DNA of 63,952 bases, taken from contig OZ076409.1 in assembly GCA_964187785.1 (NCBI GenBank), positions 40,054,001 to 40,117,952 on the forward strand, read 5' to 3'. A program made the position numbers and the translations under genes. The notes under the pieces are model-generated. The model had not been told where the DNA came from, ran no database searches, and was given only the letters and a program-made list of their open reading frames with translations. Position 1 is the stretch's first letter. Each line of letters starts with the position of its first letter. This DNA comes from Amphiscolops sp. MND2022. Taxonomy: Eukaryota. Below, piece by piece: positions 46,402 through 57,605 of this stretch.

Positions 46402-47241
46402 ATGAATAAATTCCTTGCAAGTCAATTTGACTCAGAGTCCCCTGAGTATTACCCTGAAGATTTTCAAGGAGCAGCCCCGGGAGACGGTGTTATTTGCATC
46501 TCTAGTGACGACGACATGGAGTGCGCAAGCAGGGCGTCCGTGGATGACTTGGAGAGCCTGTCTGATGACGACGAAATGGCCCTCTTGGCCCAATGTGTGG
46601 AAAGACAACTGGACTTGCCGTCGACTTCAACAGGAATTCAAATCCCCTCAGCTTCAGGAAAGCAAGAAGTGACCCGAGCTACTACTCCCAGGCTTGCATA
46701 CGTGCCGGGACCGATGTTCGACGCTGGGTACTTTGAGCTGGGAATGGGCAGAGGACCAATTGCGAGGGATTCACGGCTTAGAAACGACCATCCAATTAAC
46801 TTGTGCAGCCAACTGATCCCGATGGTCGACACACCCATGTCGCCCCCAGCAATTGATAAATATCCTACGGGCGACTGGAGGATAACCGCAGAAGCCACTT
46901 CTAGCAGCTCCCAACGACACGAAGGTGGTATTCACTTCCGTGGACCGACCGCAGCAGATAACCCGTATATTACAGGGTGCACAGATTGTCTCGTATGTGG
47001 AAAATCTGTGGAACAGATTCAGGACGAAGCGGTCATAGATTATCTTCACAAGACGGCCGTCCGAGGAGAATCCGCCGAGCAGTTCAATGCGAGACGACTA
47101 GCCTTCTTGGAAGGAATGAAGGTGGGCCGCTTTATGCTTATTCCAGGGGGAGTGTCCCAGGCGTCCGCCTGTGATGGCAACACATACTCAATCTGCCATA
47201 GCTACAAGAAAGCAGAACCCTTCACCCTTCCATTAAATTAG
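46402..47241 (+). CDS. Extra sense ORF (279 aa), acidic SIM-like N-terminus and Cys cluster; function unknown
   Basis: ATG-initiated ORF with GC content above the flanks; VICISSDDD and CTDCLVC motifs; crosses the PPT and ends 89 nt inside the 3' LTR. Confidence 0.75.
   Translation: MNKFLASQFDSESPEYYPEDFQGAAPGDGVICISSDDDMECASRASVDDLESLSDDDEMALLAQCVERQLDLPSTSTGIQIPSASGKQEVTRATTPRLAYVPGPMFDAGYFELGMGRGPIARDSRLRNDHPINLCSQLIPMVDTPMSPPAIDKYPTGDWRITAEATSSSSQRHEGGIHFRGPTAADNPYITGCTDCLVCGKSVEQIQDEAVIDYLHKTAVRGESAEQFNARRLAFLEGMKVGRFMLIPGGVSQASACDGNTYSICHSYKKAEPFTLPLN
47145..47152 (+). promoter_or_regulatory. Polypurine tract
   Basis: AGGGGGAG directly abutting the TG of the 3' LTR. Confidence 0.75.
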
Positions 47242-48712
47242 AAAACTTACAAGGAAAACTATTATTGTTGCTCTAAAAGGTCATGTAAAACTCTATATAT
47301 TTCATTTTGTGCAAGTTATATTATGTAATTCTATGCATTAATACGAGTTAATTGGACACCAAGGCGTACAGGTAAAGGAAACGCGTTCAAATGTTTTCTT
47401 GCCTGTCGCCTTGGTCCGCAAGTCCGACTAACTCGTCATCCAATCATAGCGCAGTGTTATGTAACCTTTACTCGTGCTAGCTTAATAGAATTAAAAGACT
47501 AGACAGCTATATGCCGCCTGCTAATAAAGCGCTGGGCTGTACCAGTCTATTGGACACTGAGTCCGCGCTTTAATTGAGAGTGCTATTCTATCTAGCAGTA
47601 CTGGTTATGTAATAATTAATCTTTTGATAGCTAATAAAAGGCGCTATTAGTCCTCAAAGGACTGATTTAATATTTTAGACTTAGTTTGATGGTGTTGCTT
47701 TATATGTAATTTGCGCAATATATTCAGAATATATGTAAAATTACTATCTATACATGTAATAAGCATTTCATACATGTAATATGTATTTCATACATGTAGC
47801 ACGTTGCTTAGTATGCATGTAAGCAGTTGCTTGTCCTAACGGACTCATGGTCCCACCGCCACATTTGCCGCCAAGAGGGACCTTTGATCTACATGATGTA
47901 ATGTTGACGTTGCCTGCTATTTATAGATTGTAGCTATATTTAGAAAGCCTTTAAGGCTATTTTTAGATTATGACCACCATTTTATTGAGTGTCATGCAAA
48001 TTCAAATATATATAACCGGGACTGGTGGGCCCGGGGACAGAATTATCCTGATGATACTTTGATGTGTTACTGTTGCGAATTGTTTATTAAAACTACCCGT
48101 TCATTTTCACTTTGCAAGCCCAAGATATTAATTTAAATTCTTGCCTCTTGCAATAATCTCTTATGCCTTCTACTAGACGGCAGAAAGCCAAAGCTAGGAG
48201 ATCTAGAGAAATGGACATACTGTCCGACTATGATAACCTAGATGTGATGCTGGGAAATGAAAATAACAATCCCATTGAAAGAGAACTAGCTGAAGCAATA
48301 GATCAGTCATCGGCCCACGGGGACGGTGATACAAACGTGTACCATGAAAATGAGTTTAGAGATTACTTACATGAAAATGAACCTTTGAGACAAAACGAAG
48401 TCAGGCAATCCTTTGAAGCCTTTTCAAGTGAGTTTAATCTTAGATTATCTCAAGAAATGGAATCTATGATGTCAATAATGCATAGCCAAATAAATAGAGC
48501 TATATCGACAGCTATAGCTGAAAGAGTTATTCCAGAAATACAGAATATTGCAAACTCGATGTCCTCTATGGGACACAGGGACACTGAGGCCAGTTCGTCC
48601 CCGAATAGCCAGGAAAACAGGGAAAGCGCACCCGGGCCTAAAATAAAAATTGCAAAGAAAGATTCAAGATCTGTAGGTGACTTAAGAGATACCATGGGTC
48701 ATGGTTCTTACA
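47153..48712 (+). repeat. 3' LTR (1560 bp)
   Basis: Copy of 33110-34669, preceded by the purine tract AGGGGGAG and followed by the TSD GTCTC. Confidence 0.96.
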
Positions 48713-48771
48713 GTCTCACCTTGCCGAAAAAGTTTGAAGATGGTTCCCTCTTGTTTCTTCTCGATGCGTAA
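48163..48771 (+). CDS. 3'-LTR copy of the Gag N-terminus (183 aa) reading out into flanking DNA (202 aa total)
   Basis: Identical to Gag residues 1-183, then diverges exactly at the LTR end (GSY-SLTL versus GSY-MVTG). Expression unknown. Confidence 0.5.
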   Translation: MPSTRRQKAKARRSREMDILSDYDNLDVMLGNENNNPIERELAEAIDQSSAHGDGDTNVYHENEFRDYLHENEPLRQNEVRQSFEAFSSEFNLRLSQEMESMMSIMHSQINRAISTAIAERVIPEIQNIANSMSSMGHRDTEASSSPNSQENRESAPGPKIKIAKKDSRSVGDLRDTMGHGSYSLTLPKKFEDGSLLFLLDA

Positions 48772-49159
48772 AATAGTAAAACTATCCGTCATGAAATTAT
48801 AGAACGTTTGAGATGTCCTTCCTAAACAACCGGGTACGTTATACACGAATTTCATATTTTATGGCCGAAAGATTTTAGGTTAGACTCGTTAATTATTTCA
48901 AAATCTGCAATTAGTGTGACTCAATCTGAAAAGATGAGAACACCAGCGTTAGCTATATTCGAACCCCCAATAAGAGCCTGATTAGAAGCAAAAAATAAAA
49001 AAAAGCTAAAACTGATTTTTTGACTCAATATCCGATTTATAATATTATATATCCGTTATATCCGAAAAAGCGCTTATTTCGACGTATGAGGAATTTATCA
49101 CTACATATATGTTATATCCGGAAAGGCAATTCTTATAGCAGTTCCATTTGAGAACAACC

Positions 49160-49230
49160 GGTGCCGAGTGGGCTTCTAACCCGCTGACAGTTTCCCAACC
49201 CACCCGCTAACCACTTGGTCATCAAAACGC
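49160..49230 (-). repeat. Degenerate tRNA-like (SINE head-like) segment, one per triplication unit
   Basis: Minus strand TGACCAAGTGG (A-box-like) and GGTTAGAAGCCC (degenerate B box); no full cloverleaf. Confidence 0.3.
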
Positions 49231-49849
49231 ATATTCCCTTCCTTCAGTGCAAATCATAAAAATAGTGACCTTTACAAACAGTGACAGCTGGAGGAGAAAA
49301 ACTTATCTTGTTGCAAATTTTATTCAAAATGCGTCGACAACAAAAATTCTCCTTGGATCTTTTATTGCAATAAATAAAATAGAATATATTATTTTGAAAT
49401 ATTAGAAATAGAAATAAATATTTTAAAAGTAAATTAATTTTGAATTATTTTAACAATTACTTCCGCACATCCAACTATGTAAAATAATAACCAATGGGAG
49501 CAATATTACTGATTGTGGTGTAAGCAAACAATGCACACAATTAATGACGTTAATTGCCTCAGTCCAAACTTCGCTAAATAGTCCAAGCAAGCGAAGCAAG
49601 GATAACAACATTACAGTGCACAGGCAAGCTTTTCGCTGCTTTTCGTGGAATCCGGAACACGAAAATTGAGAAAAGTCGTGGAATCCAGGACAAAATTTCT
49701 CTTTGATGTTAAGCGTGTCTTGGATTCCACGACAGTGCTTGTTCTGGATTCCACGCCAACACTGCTGCTATAATGACACTTTTGCCGCTGCTCTCTGATT
49801 GGTCCGCTGATTTTGAGTAATCATTTTTGGAAAGGTAGAAAAATTTAAA

Positions 49850-50725
49850 TTAATTCAATTTTATATCAAAGGAAATTGTTTTGACTGACACGAAAAATCC
49901 CAAAGTACGAATAGAGATACTCGTGACTGGTACCAAAATTAAAGCATGTCATCAAATAATGGCAGATTGTGATGATCTGGCAGTTTCTTCAAAACTGGTA
50001 CTAAACTGAAAAATACGAATATTTGTGCTATATAATATGCATTTTGCATGATCATTATTTGAAAGGAAAAGAACTTCAATTAAATCAATTTTATATCAAA
50101 AAAAATTGTTTTGATTAACACGAAAAATCCCAAAGTACGAATAGAGATACTGGTGACTGGTACCAAAAATGAAGCTTGTCATTAAAAAGTGGCAGATTTT
50201 GATGATCTGGCAGTTTCTTCAAAACTGGTACTAAACTGAAAAATACGAATATTTGTGCTATATAATATGCATTTTGCATGATCATTATTAGAAAGGCAAA
50301 AGAACTTGAATTAAATCAAGTTTATATCAATGGAACTTGTTTTGATCGACACGAAAAATCCTAGAAGTTCGAAAAGAGATACTCGTGACTGGTACCAAAA
50401 TAAAAGCATGTCATCAAATAATGGCAGATTGTGATGATCTGGCAGTTTGTTCAAAACTGGTACTAAACTGAATAGTACGAATATTTGTGTAATATAATAT
50501 TCATTTTGCATGATCATTATTAGAAAGGCAGAAGAACTTGAATTGAATCAATCTTATATCAAAGGAAATTGTTTTTGATTGACACGAAAAATCCAAGAAG
50601 TACGAATAGAGATACTCGTGACTGGTACGAAAAGTGAAGCATGTCATTAAAAAATGGCAGATTGTGATGATCTGGCAGTTTGTTCAAAACTGGTACTAAA
50701 CTGAAAAACCTAAAAATTTTGTGTG
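49850..50725. repeat. About four diverged ~230-bp tandem subrepeats (also about 52596-53470 and 55347-56220)
   Basis: The motif ttatatcaa..gacacgaaaaatc..gtgactggtac..gatgatctggcagttt..aaaactggtactaaactgaa recurs with a period of about 230. Confidence 0.9.
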
Positions 50726-53700
50726 ATATTGGTGTGATTGTCTGAATCATTTTGAATTAATGTACGAAAAGTAGTGCATAATATTATGTTTGTTCAGTCT
50801 TCCACTTTTTTAAAAAAGAATACAGAGAACTATTTGATTTCATTCTGCCAAAACTTTTAGTGAATATAAGACCATTTCTGATAGAACCATTTTTTTAGTC
50901 GGCGTTTCATGAAGTGAAACGCGACTATTATGGTGACTCTTTTTTTCTTTTTTTTCAATCCACACGAACTGACCAAAATAGTTCTCAAAAGTTCTACCAA
51001 ATATTATGGTGTTGAATTGCACTATTTGGACTAGCGAACTGGACCAAAAAAAGTTTTTCCTGTTTTTCTGCGTAACGTACCATACCGGGCGAGACCAAAG
51101 GGTCCCCCTTTTCAATTTTTTTTGGCACTGCGAGACTTTTTTTCGGAAATTTTTTTCCCCAAAGAGCCTCCCCTTCAATTTTTTTGCTGTTTTGCGACAG
51201 AATGGATGTTGAAAAACCCCAAAGGCTCTTTCCCCCTTTCAATTATTCGGCTTTGTGAGACTTTTTTCTAAATTATGTTTTTTCGCCAAAGGGTTCCCCC
51301 TTCAACTGCGACAAAAATGGTGACAATTTCAGAAGTGCCCCCCCCTTTTAGCGCGCCAGGGCTCGCGTTAGCTGGCCCCGGCGCGTCACTCGGTCCACTT
51401 TTTCTGGTTTTTCGATTTTCGAGTACTGTAAATTGACACTTGGAAATCCTTTTGCTATTTTTGAGCCTTGGATATGGCGCCGACTTGGTTCCCTCTTGTT
51501 TCTTCTCGATGCGTAAAATAGTAAAACTATCCGTCATGAAATTATAGAACGTTTGAGATGTCCTTCCTAAAAAACCGGGTACGTTATACACGAATTTCAT
51601 TTTTCATGGCCGAAAGATTTTAGGTTAGACTCGTTAATTATTTCAAAATCTGCAATTAGTGTGACTCAATCTGAAAAGATGAGAACACCAGCGTTAGCTA
51701 CAATCGAACCCCCAATAAGAGCCTGATTAGAAGCAAAAAATAAAAAAAAGCTAAAACTGATTTTTTGACTCAATATCCGATTTATAATATTATATATCCG
51801 TTATATCCGAAAAAGCGCTTATTTCGACGTATGAGGAATTTATCACTACATATATGTTATATCCGGAAAGGCAATTCTTATAGCAGTTCCATTTGAGAAC
51901 AACCGGTGCCGAGTGGGCTTCTAACCCGCTGACAGTTTCCCAACCCACCCGCTAACCACTTGGTCATCAAAACGCATATTCCCTTCCTTCAGTGCAAATC
52001 ATAAAAAAAGTGACCTTTACAAACAGTGACAGCTGGAGGAGAAAAACTTATCTTGTTGCAAATTTTATTCAAAATGCGTCGACAACAAAAATTCTCCTTG
52101 GATCTTTTATTGCAAAAAATAAAATAGAATATATTCTTTTGAAATATTAGAAATAGAAATAAATGTTTTAAAAGTAAATTAATTTTGAATTATTTTAACA
52201 ATTACTTCCGCACATCCAACTATGTAAAATAATAACCAATGGGAGCAATTTTACTGATTGTGGTGTAAGCAAACAATGCACACAATTAATGACGTTAATT
52301 GCCTCAGTCCAAACTTCGCTAAATAGTCCAAGCAAGCGAAGCAAGGATAACAACATTACAGTGCACAGGCAAGCTTTTCGCTGCTTTTCGTGGAATCCGG
52401 AACACGAAAATTGAGAAAAGTCGTGGAATCCAGGACAAAACTTCTCTTTGATGTTAAGCGTGTCTTGGATTCCACGACAGTGCTTGTCCTGGATTCCACG
52501 CCAACACTGCTGCTATAATGACACTTTTGCCGCTGCTCTCTGATTGGTCCGCTGATTTTGAGTAATCATTTTTGGAAAGGTAGAAAAAGTTAAATTAATT
52601 CAATTTTATATCAAAGGAAATTGTTTTGATTGACACGAAAAATCCCAAAGTACGAATAGAGATACTCGTGACTGGTACCAAAATTAAAGCATGTCATCAA
52701 ATAATGGCAGATTGTGATGATCTGGCAGTTTCTTCAAAACTGGTACTAAACTGAAAAATACGAATATTTGTGCTATATAATATGCATTTTGCATGATCAT
52801 TATTTGAAAGGCAAAAGAACTTCAATTAAATCAATTTTATATCAAAAAAAATTGTTTTGATTAACACGAAAAATCCCAAAGTACGAATAGAGATACTGGT
52901 GACTGGTACCAAAAATGAAGCTTGTCATTAAAAAGTGGCAGATTTTGATGATCTGGCAGTTTCTTCAAAACTGGTACTAAACTGAAAAATACGAATATTT
53001 GTGCTATATTATATGCATTTTGCATGATCATTATTAGAAAGGCAAAAGAACTTGAATTAAATCAACTTTATATCAATGGAACTTGTTTTGATCGACACGA
53101 AAAATCCTAGAAGTTCGAAAAGATATACTCGTGACTGGTACCAAAATAAAAGCATGTCATCAAATAATGGCAGATTGTGATGATCTGGCAGTTTGTTCAA
53201 AACTGGTACTAAACTGAATAGTACGAATATTTGTGTAATATAATATTCATTTTGCATGATCATTATTAGAAAGGCAGAAGAACTTGAAATAAACCAATCT
53301 TATATCAAAGGAAATTGTTTTGATTGACACGAAAAATCCAAGAAGTACGAATAGAGATACTCGTGACTGGTACGAAAAGTGAAGCATGTCATTAAAAAAT
53401 GGCAGATTGTGATGATCTGGCAGTTTGTTCAAAACTGGTACTAAACTGAAAAATCTAAAAATTTTGTGTGATATTGGTGTGATTGTCTGAATCATTTTGA
53501 ATTAATGTACGAAAAGTAGTGCATAATATTATGTTTGTTCAGTCTTCCACTTTTTTAAAAAGAATACAGAGAACTATTTGATTTCATTCTGCCAAAACTT
53601 TTAGTGAATATAAGACCATTTCTGATAGAACCATATTTTTAGTCGGCGTTTCATGAAGTGAAACGCGACTATTATGGTGACTCTTTTTTTTCTTTTTTTT

Positions 53701-56389
53701 TTTCAATCCACACGAACTGACCAAAATAGTTCTTAAAAGTTCTACCAAATATTATGGTGTTGAATTGCACTATTTGGACTAGCGAACTGGACCAAAAAAG
53801 TTTTTCCTGTTTTTCTGCGTAACGTATCATACCGGGCGAGACCAAAGGGTCCCCCTTTTCAATTTTTTTTTGGCACTGCGAGACTTTTTTTTTCGGAAAT
53901 TTTTTTCCCCAAAGAGCCTCCCCTTCAATTTTTTTGCTGTTTTGCGACAGAATGGATGTTGAAAAACCCCAAAGGCTCTTTCCCCCTTTCAATTATTCGG
54001 CTTTGTGAGACTTTTTTCTAAATTATGTTTTTTCGCCAAAGGGTTCCCCCTTCAACTGCGACAAAAATGGTGACAATTTCAGAAGTGCCCCACCCCCCTT
54101 TTAGCGCGCCAGGGCTCGCGTTAGCGGGCCCCGGCGCGTCACTCGGTCCACTTTTTCTGGTTTTTCGATTTTCGAGTACTGTAAATTGACACTTGGAAAT
54201 CCTTTTGCTATTTTTGAGCCTTGGATATGGCGCCGACTTGGTTCCCTTTGTTTCTTCTCGATGCGTAAAATAGTAAAACTATCCGTCATGAAATTATAGA
54301 ACGTTTGAGATGTCCTTCCTAAACAACCGGGTACGTTATACACGAATTTCATTTTTTATGGCCGAAAGATTACAGGTTAGACTCGTTAATTATTTCAAAA
54401 TCTGCAATTAGTGTGACTCAATCTGAAAAGATGAGAACACCAGCGTTAGCTATATTCGAACCCCCAATAAGAGCCTGATTAGAAGCAAAAAATTAAAAAA
54501 AAGCTAAAACTGATTTTTTGACTCATTATCCGATTTATAATATTATATATCCGTTATATCCGAAAAAGCGCTTATTTCGACGTATGAGGAATTTATCACT
54601 ACATATATGTTATATCCGGAAAGGCAATTCTTATAGCAGTTCCATTTGAGAACAACCGGTGCCGAGTGGGCTTCTAACCCGCTGACAGTTTCCCATCCCA
54701 CCCGCTAACCACTTGGTCATCAAAACGCATATTCCCTTCCTTCAGTGCAAATCATAAAAATAGTGACCTTTACAAACAGTGACAGCTGGAGGAGAAAAAC
54801 TTATCTTGTTGCAAATTTTATTCAAAATGCGTCGACAACAAAAATTCTCCTTGGATCTTTTATTGCAATAAATAAAATAGAATATATTATTTTGAAATAT
54901 TAGAAATAGAAATAAATATTTTTAAAGTAAATTTATTTTGAATTATTTTAACAATTACTTCCGCACATCCAACTATGTAAAATAATAACCAATGGGAGCA
55001 ATATTACTGATTGTAGTGTAAGCAAACAATGCACACAATTAATGACGTTAATTGCCTCAGTCCAAACTTCGCTAAATAGTCCAAGCAAGCGAAGCAAGGA
55101 TAACAACATTACAGTGCACAGGCAAGCTTTTCGCTGCTTTTCGTGGAATCCGGAACACGAAAATTGAGAAAAGTCGTGGAATCCAGGACAAAACTTCTCT
55201 TTGATGTTAAGCGTGTCTTGGATTCCACGACAGTGCTTGTCCTGGATTCCACGCCAACACTGCTGCTATAATGACACTTTTGCCGCTGCTCTCTGATTGG
55301 TCCGCTGATTTTGAGTAACCATTTTTGGAAAGGTAGAAAAATTTAAATTAATTCAATTTTATATCAAAGGAAATTGTTTTGATTGACACGAAAAATCCCA
55401 AAGTACGAATAGAGATACTCGTGACTGGTACCAAAATTAAAGCATGTCATCAAATAATGGCAGATTGTGATGATCTGGCAGTTTCTTCAAAACTGGTACT
55501 AAACTGAAAAATACGAATATTTGTGCTATATAATATGCATTTTGCATGATCATTATTTGAAAGGCAAAAGAACTTCAATTAAATCAATTTTATATCAAAA
55601 AAAATTGTTTTGATTAACACGAAAAATCCCAAAGTACGAATAGAGATACTGGTGACTGGTACCAAAAATGAAGCTTGTCATTAAAAAGTGGCAGATTTTG
55701 ATGATCTGGCAGTTTCTTCAAAACTGGTACTAAACTGAAAAATACGAATATTTGTGCTATATAATATGCATTTTGCATGATCATTATTAGAAAGGCAAAA
55801 GAACTTGAATTAAATCAAGTTTATATCAATGGAACTTGATTTGATCGACACGAAAAATCCTAGAAGTTCGAAAAGAGATACTCGTGACTGGTACCAAAAT
55901 AAAAGCATGTCATCAAATAATGGCAGATTGTGATGATCTGACAGTTTGTTCAAAACTGGTACTAAACTGAATAGTACGAATATTTGTGCTATATAATATG
56001 CATTTTGCATGATCATTATTAGAAAGGCAGAAGAACTTGAATTAAATCAATCTTATATCAAAGGAAATTGTTTTGATAGACACGAAAAATCAAAGAAGTA
56101 CGAATAGAGATACTCGTGACTGGTACGAAAAGTGAAGCATGTCATTAAAAAATGGCAGATTGTGATGATCTGGCAGTTTGTTCAAAACTGGTACTAAACT
56201 GAAAAATCTAAAAATTTTGTGTGATATTGGTGTGATTGTCTGAATCATTTTGAATTAATGTACGAAAAGTAGTGCATAATATTATGTTTGTTCAGTCTTC
56301 CACTTTTTTAAAAAAGAATACTGAGAACTATTTGATTTCATTCTGCCAAAACTTTTAGTGAATATAAGACCATTTCTGATAGAACCATA

Positions 56390-57001
56390 TTTTTAGTCGG
56401 CGTTTCATGAAGTGAAACGCGACTATTATGGTGACTCTTTTTTTTTCTTTTTTTTCAATCCATACGAACTGACCAAAATAGTTCTTAAAAGTTCTACCAA
56501 ATATTAAGGTGTTGAATTGCACTATTTGGACTAGCGAACTGGACCAAAAAAGTTTTTCCTGTTTTTCTGCGTAACGTACCATACCGGGCGAGACCAAAGG
56601 GTCCCCCTTTTCAATTTTTTTTTGGCACTGCGAGACTTTTTTTTCGGAAATTTTTTCCCCAAAGAGCCTTCCCTTCAATTTTTTTGCTGTTTTGCGACAG
56701 AATGGATGTTGAAAAACCCCAAAGGCTCTTTCCCCCTTTCAATTATTCGGCTTTGTGAGACTTTTTTCTAAATTATGTTTTTTCGCCAAAGGGTTCCCCC
56801 TTCAACTGCGACAAAAATGGTGACAATTTCAGAAGTGCCCCCCCTTTTAGCGCGCCAGGGCTCGCGTTAGCGGGCCCCGGCGCGTCACTCGGTCCACTTT
56901 TTCTGGTTTTTCGATTTTCGAGTACTGTAAATTGACACTTGGAAATCCTTTTGCTATTTTTGAGCCTTGGATATGGCGCCGACTTGGGCGGTCCCGGCTT
57001 G
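56390..57001 (+). mobile_element. HINE-like element copy (hairpin-less copies at about 50891-51488 and 53636-54241)
   Basis: TTTTTAGTCGGCG ... CGCCGACTTGGGCGGTCCCGGCTTG. Confidence 0.65.
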
Positions 57002-57220
57002 ATTTGATAAATATAGTATACATATTGCTTGGTAAGTTATAGGCAATTGCTAACTCAAATGATTGAGTCTGACGTAAAGCAGAGAAACAGCATTTAGCTC
57101 AATTTGAATTTCATTTTTCATTCAAGTGTTGAGAAGAACATTTCACGATATCGCTATTTGTATATGGAGTTTTACTCGCCATGGAGCAGCAGTTATATTG
57201 TTGGCGGTTCTTCGTTTATA

Positions 57221-57605
57221 ACAAGCCGGGAACGGCCCAAGTCAGCGCCATATCTAAGGCTCAAAAAGACTCGAAAACCACTTTTTCTACAACTGGAGAC
57301 AACAAAAGCTCTCAAAAAACTAAAAATTGAGAAAAAAAATCCAAATTTTTTTTGAATTTTTTTTTCGAAAATTCCGGTAAGTCGCATAGTGCCGCAAAAT
57401 GTAAAATGTAAAAGGGGGGACGCTTTTTATCTCATGTTAGACGCTTTGGATGCGTTGAAAATGAAGTACTAAGTACATATGGTAAAAATTGGTAAATGTG
57501 CATTAATTGCCTTAATGCACAAAAAGTGGACGTTCGCGTTGAACTGACGAAAAAAAACTAGCCACTGTAAGAGTCGGGATTTTCTTCGAAAACGCCGACT
57601 AAAAA
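57221..57605 (-). mobile_element. HINE-like element, short copy
   Basis: ACAAGCCGGGAACGGCCCAAGTCAGCGCC ... AGTCGG..CGCCGACTAAAAA. Confidence 0.65.

Larger units (their letters stand above)
33110..48712 (+). mobile_element. Full-length Ty3/Gypsy-type LTR retrotransposon (15,603 bp) with extra cargo genes
   Basis: Two 1560-bp direct repeats beginning TGTCCC and ending TTACA; identical 5-bp flanks GTCTC (33105-33109, 48713-48717); PBS and PPT in canonical positions; gag plus PR-RT-RH-IN pol order. Confidence 0.97.
48741..56987. repeat. Tandem triplication, 3 x about 2750 bp (units start 48741, 51486, 54239)
   Basis: Near-identical units beginning TGGTTCCCT, each containing four ~230-bp subrepeats and a HINE-like element. 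Confidence 0.95.

Noticed and set aside
46402..47241. env gene (endogenous retrovirus/errantivirus)
   Set aside because: Env-like position, but short and acidic, with no evident signal peptide, furin site plus fusion peptide, or TM anchor.
49850..50725. CRISPR-like array
   Set aside because: The whole 230-bp unit repeats, there are no unique spacers and no cas genes, and the context is eukaryotic.
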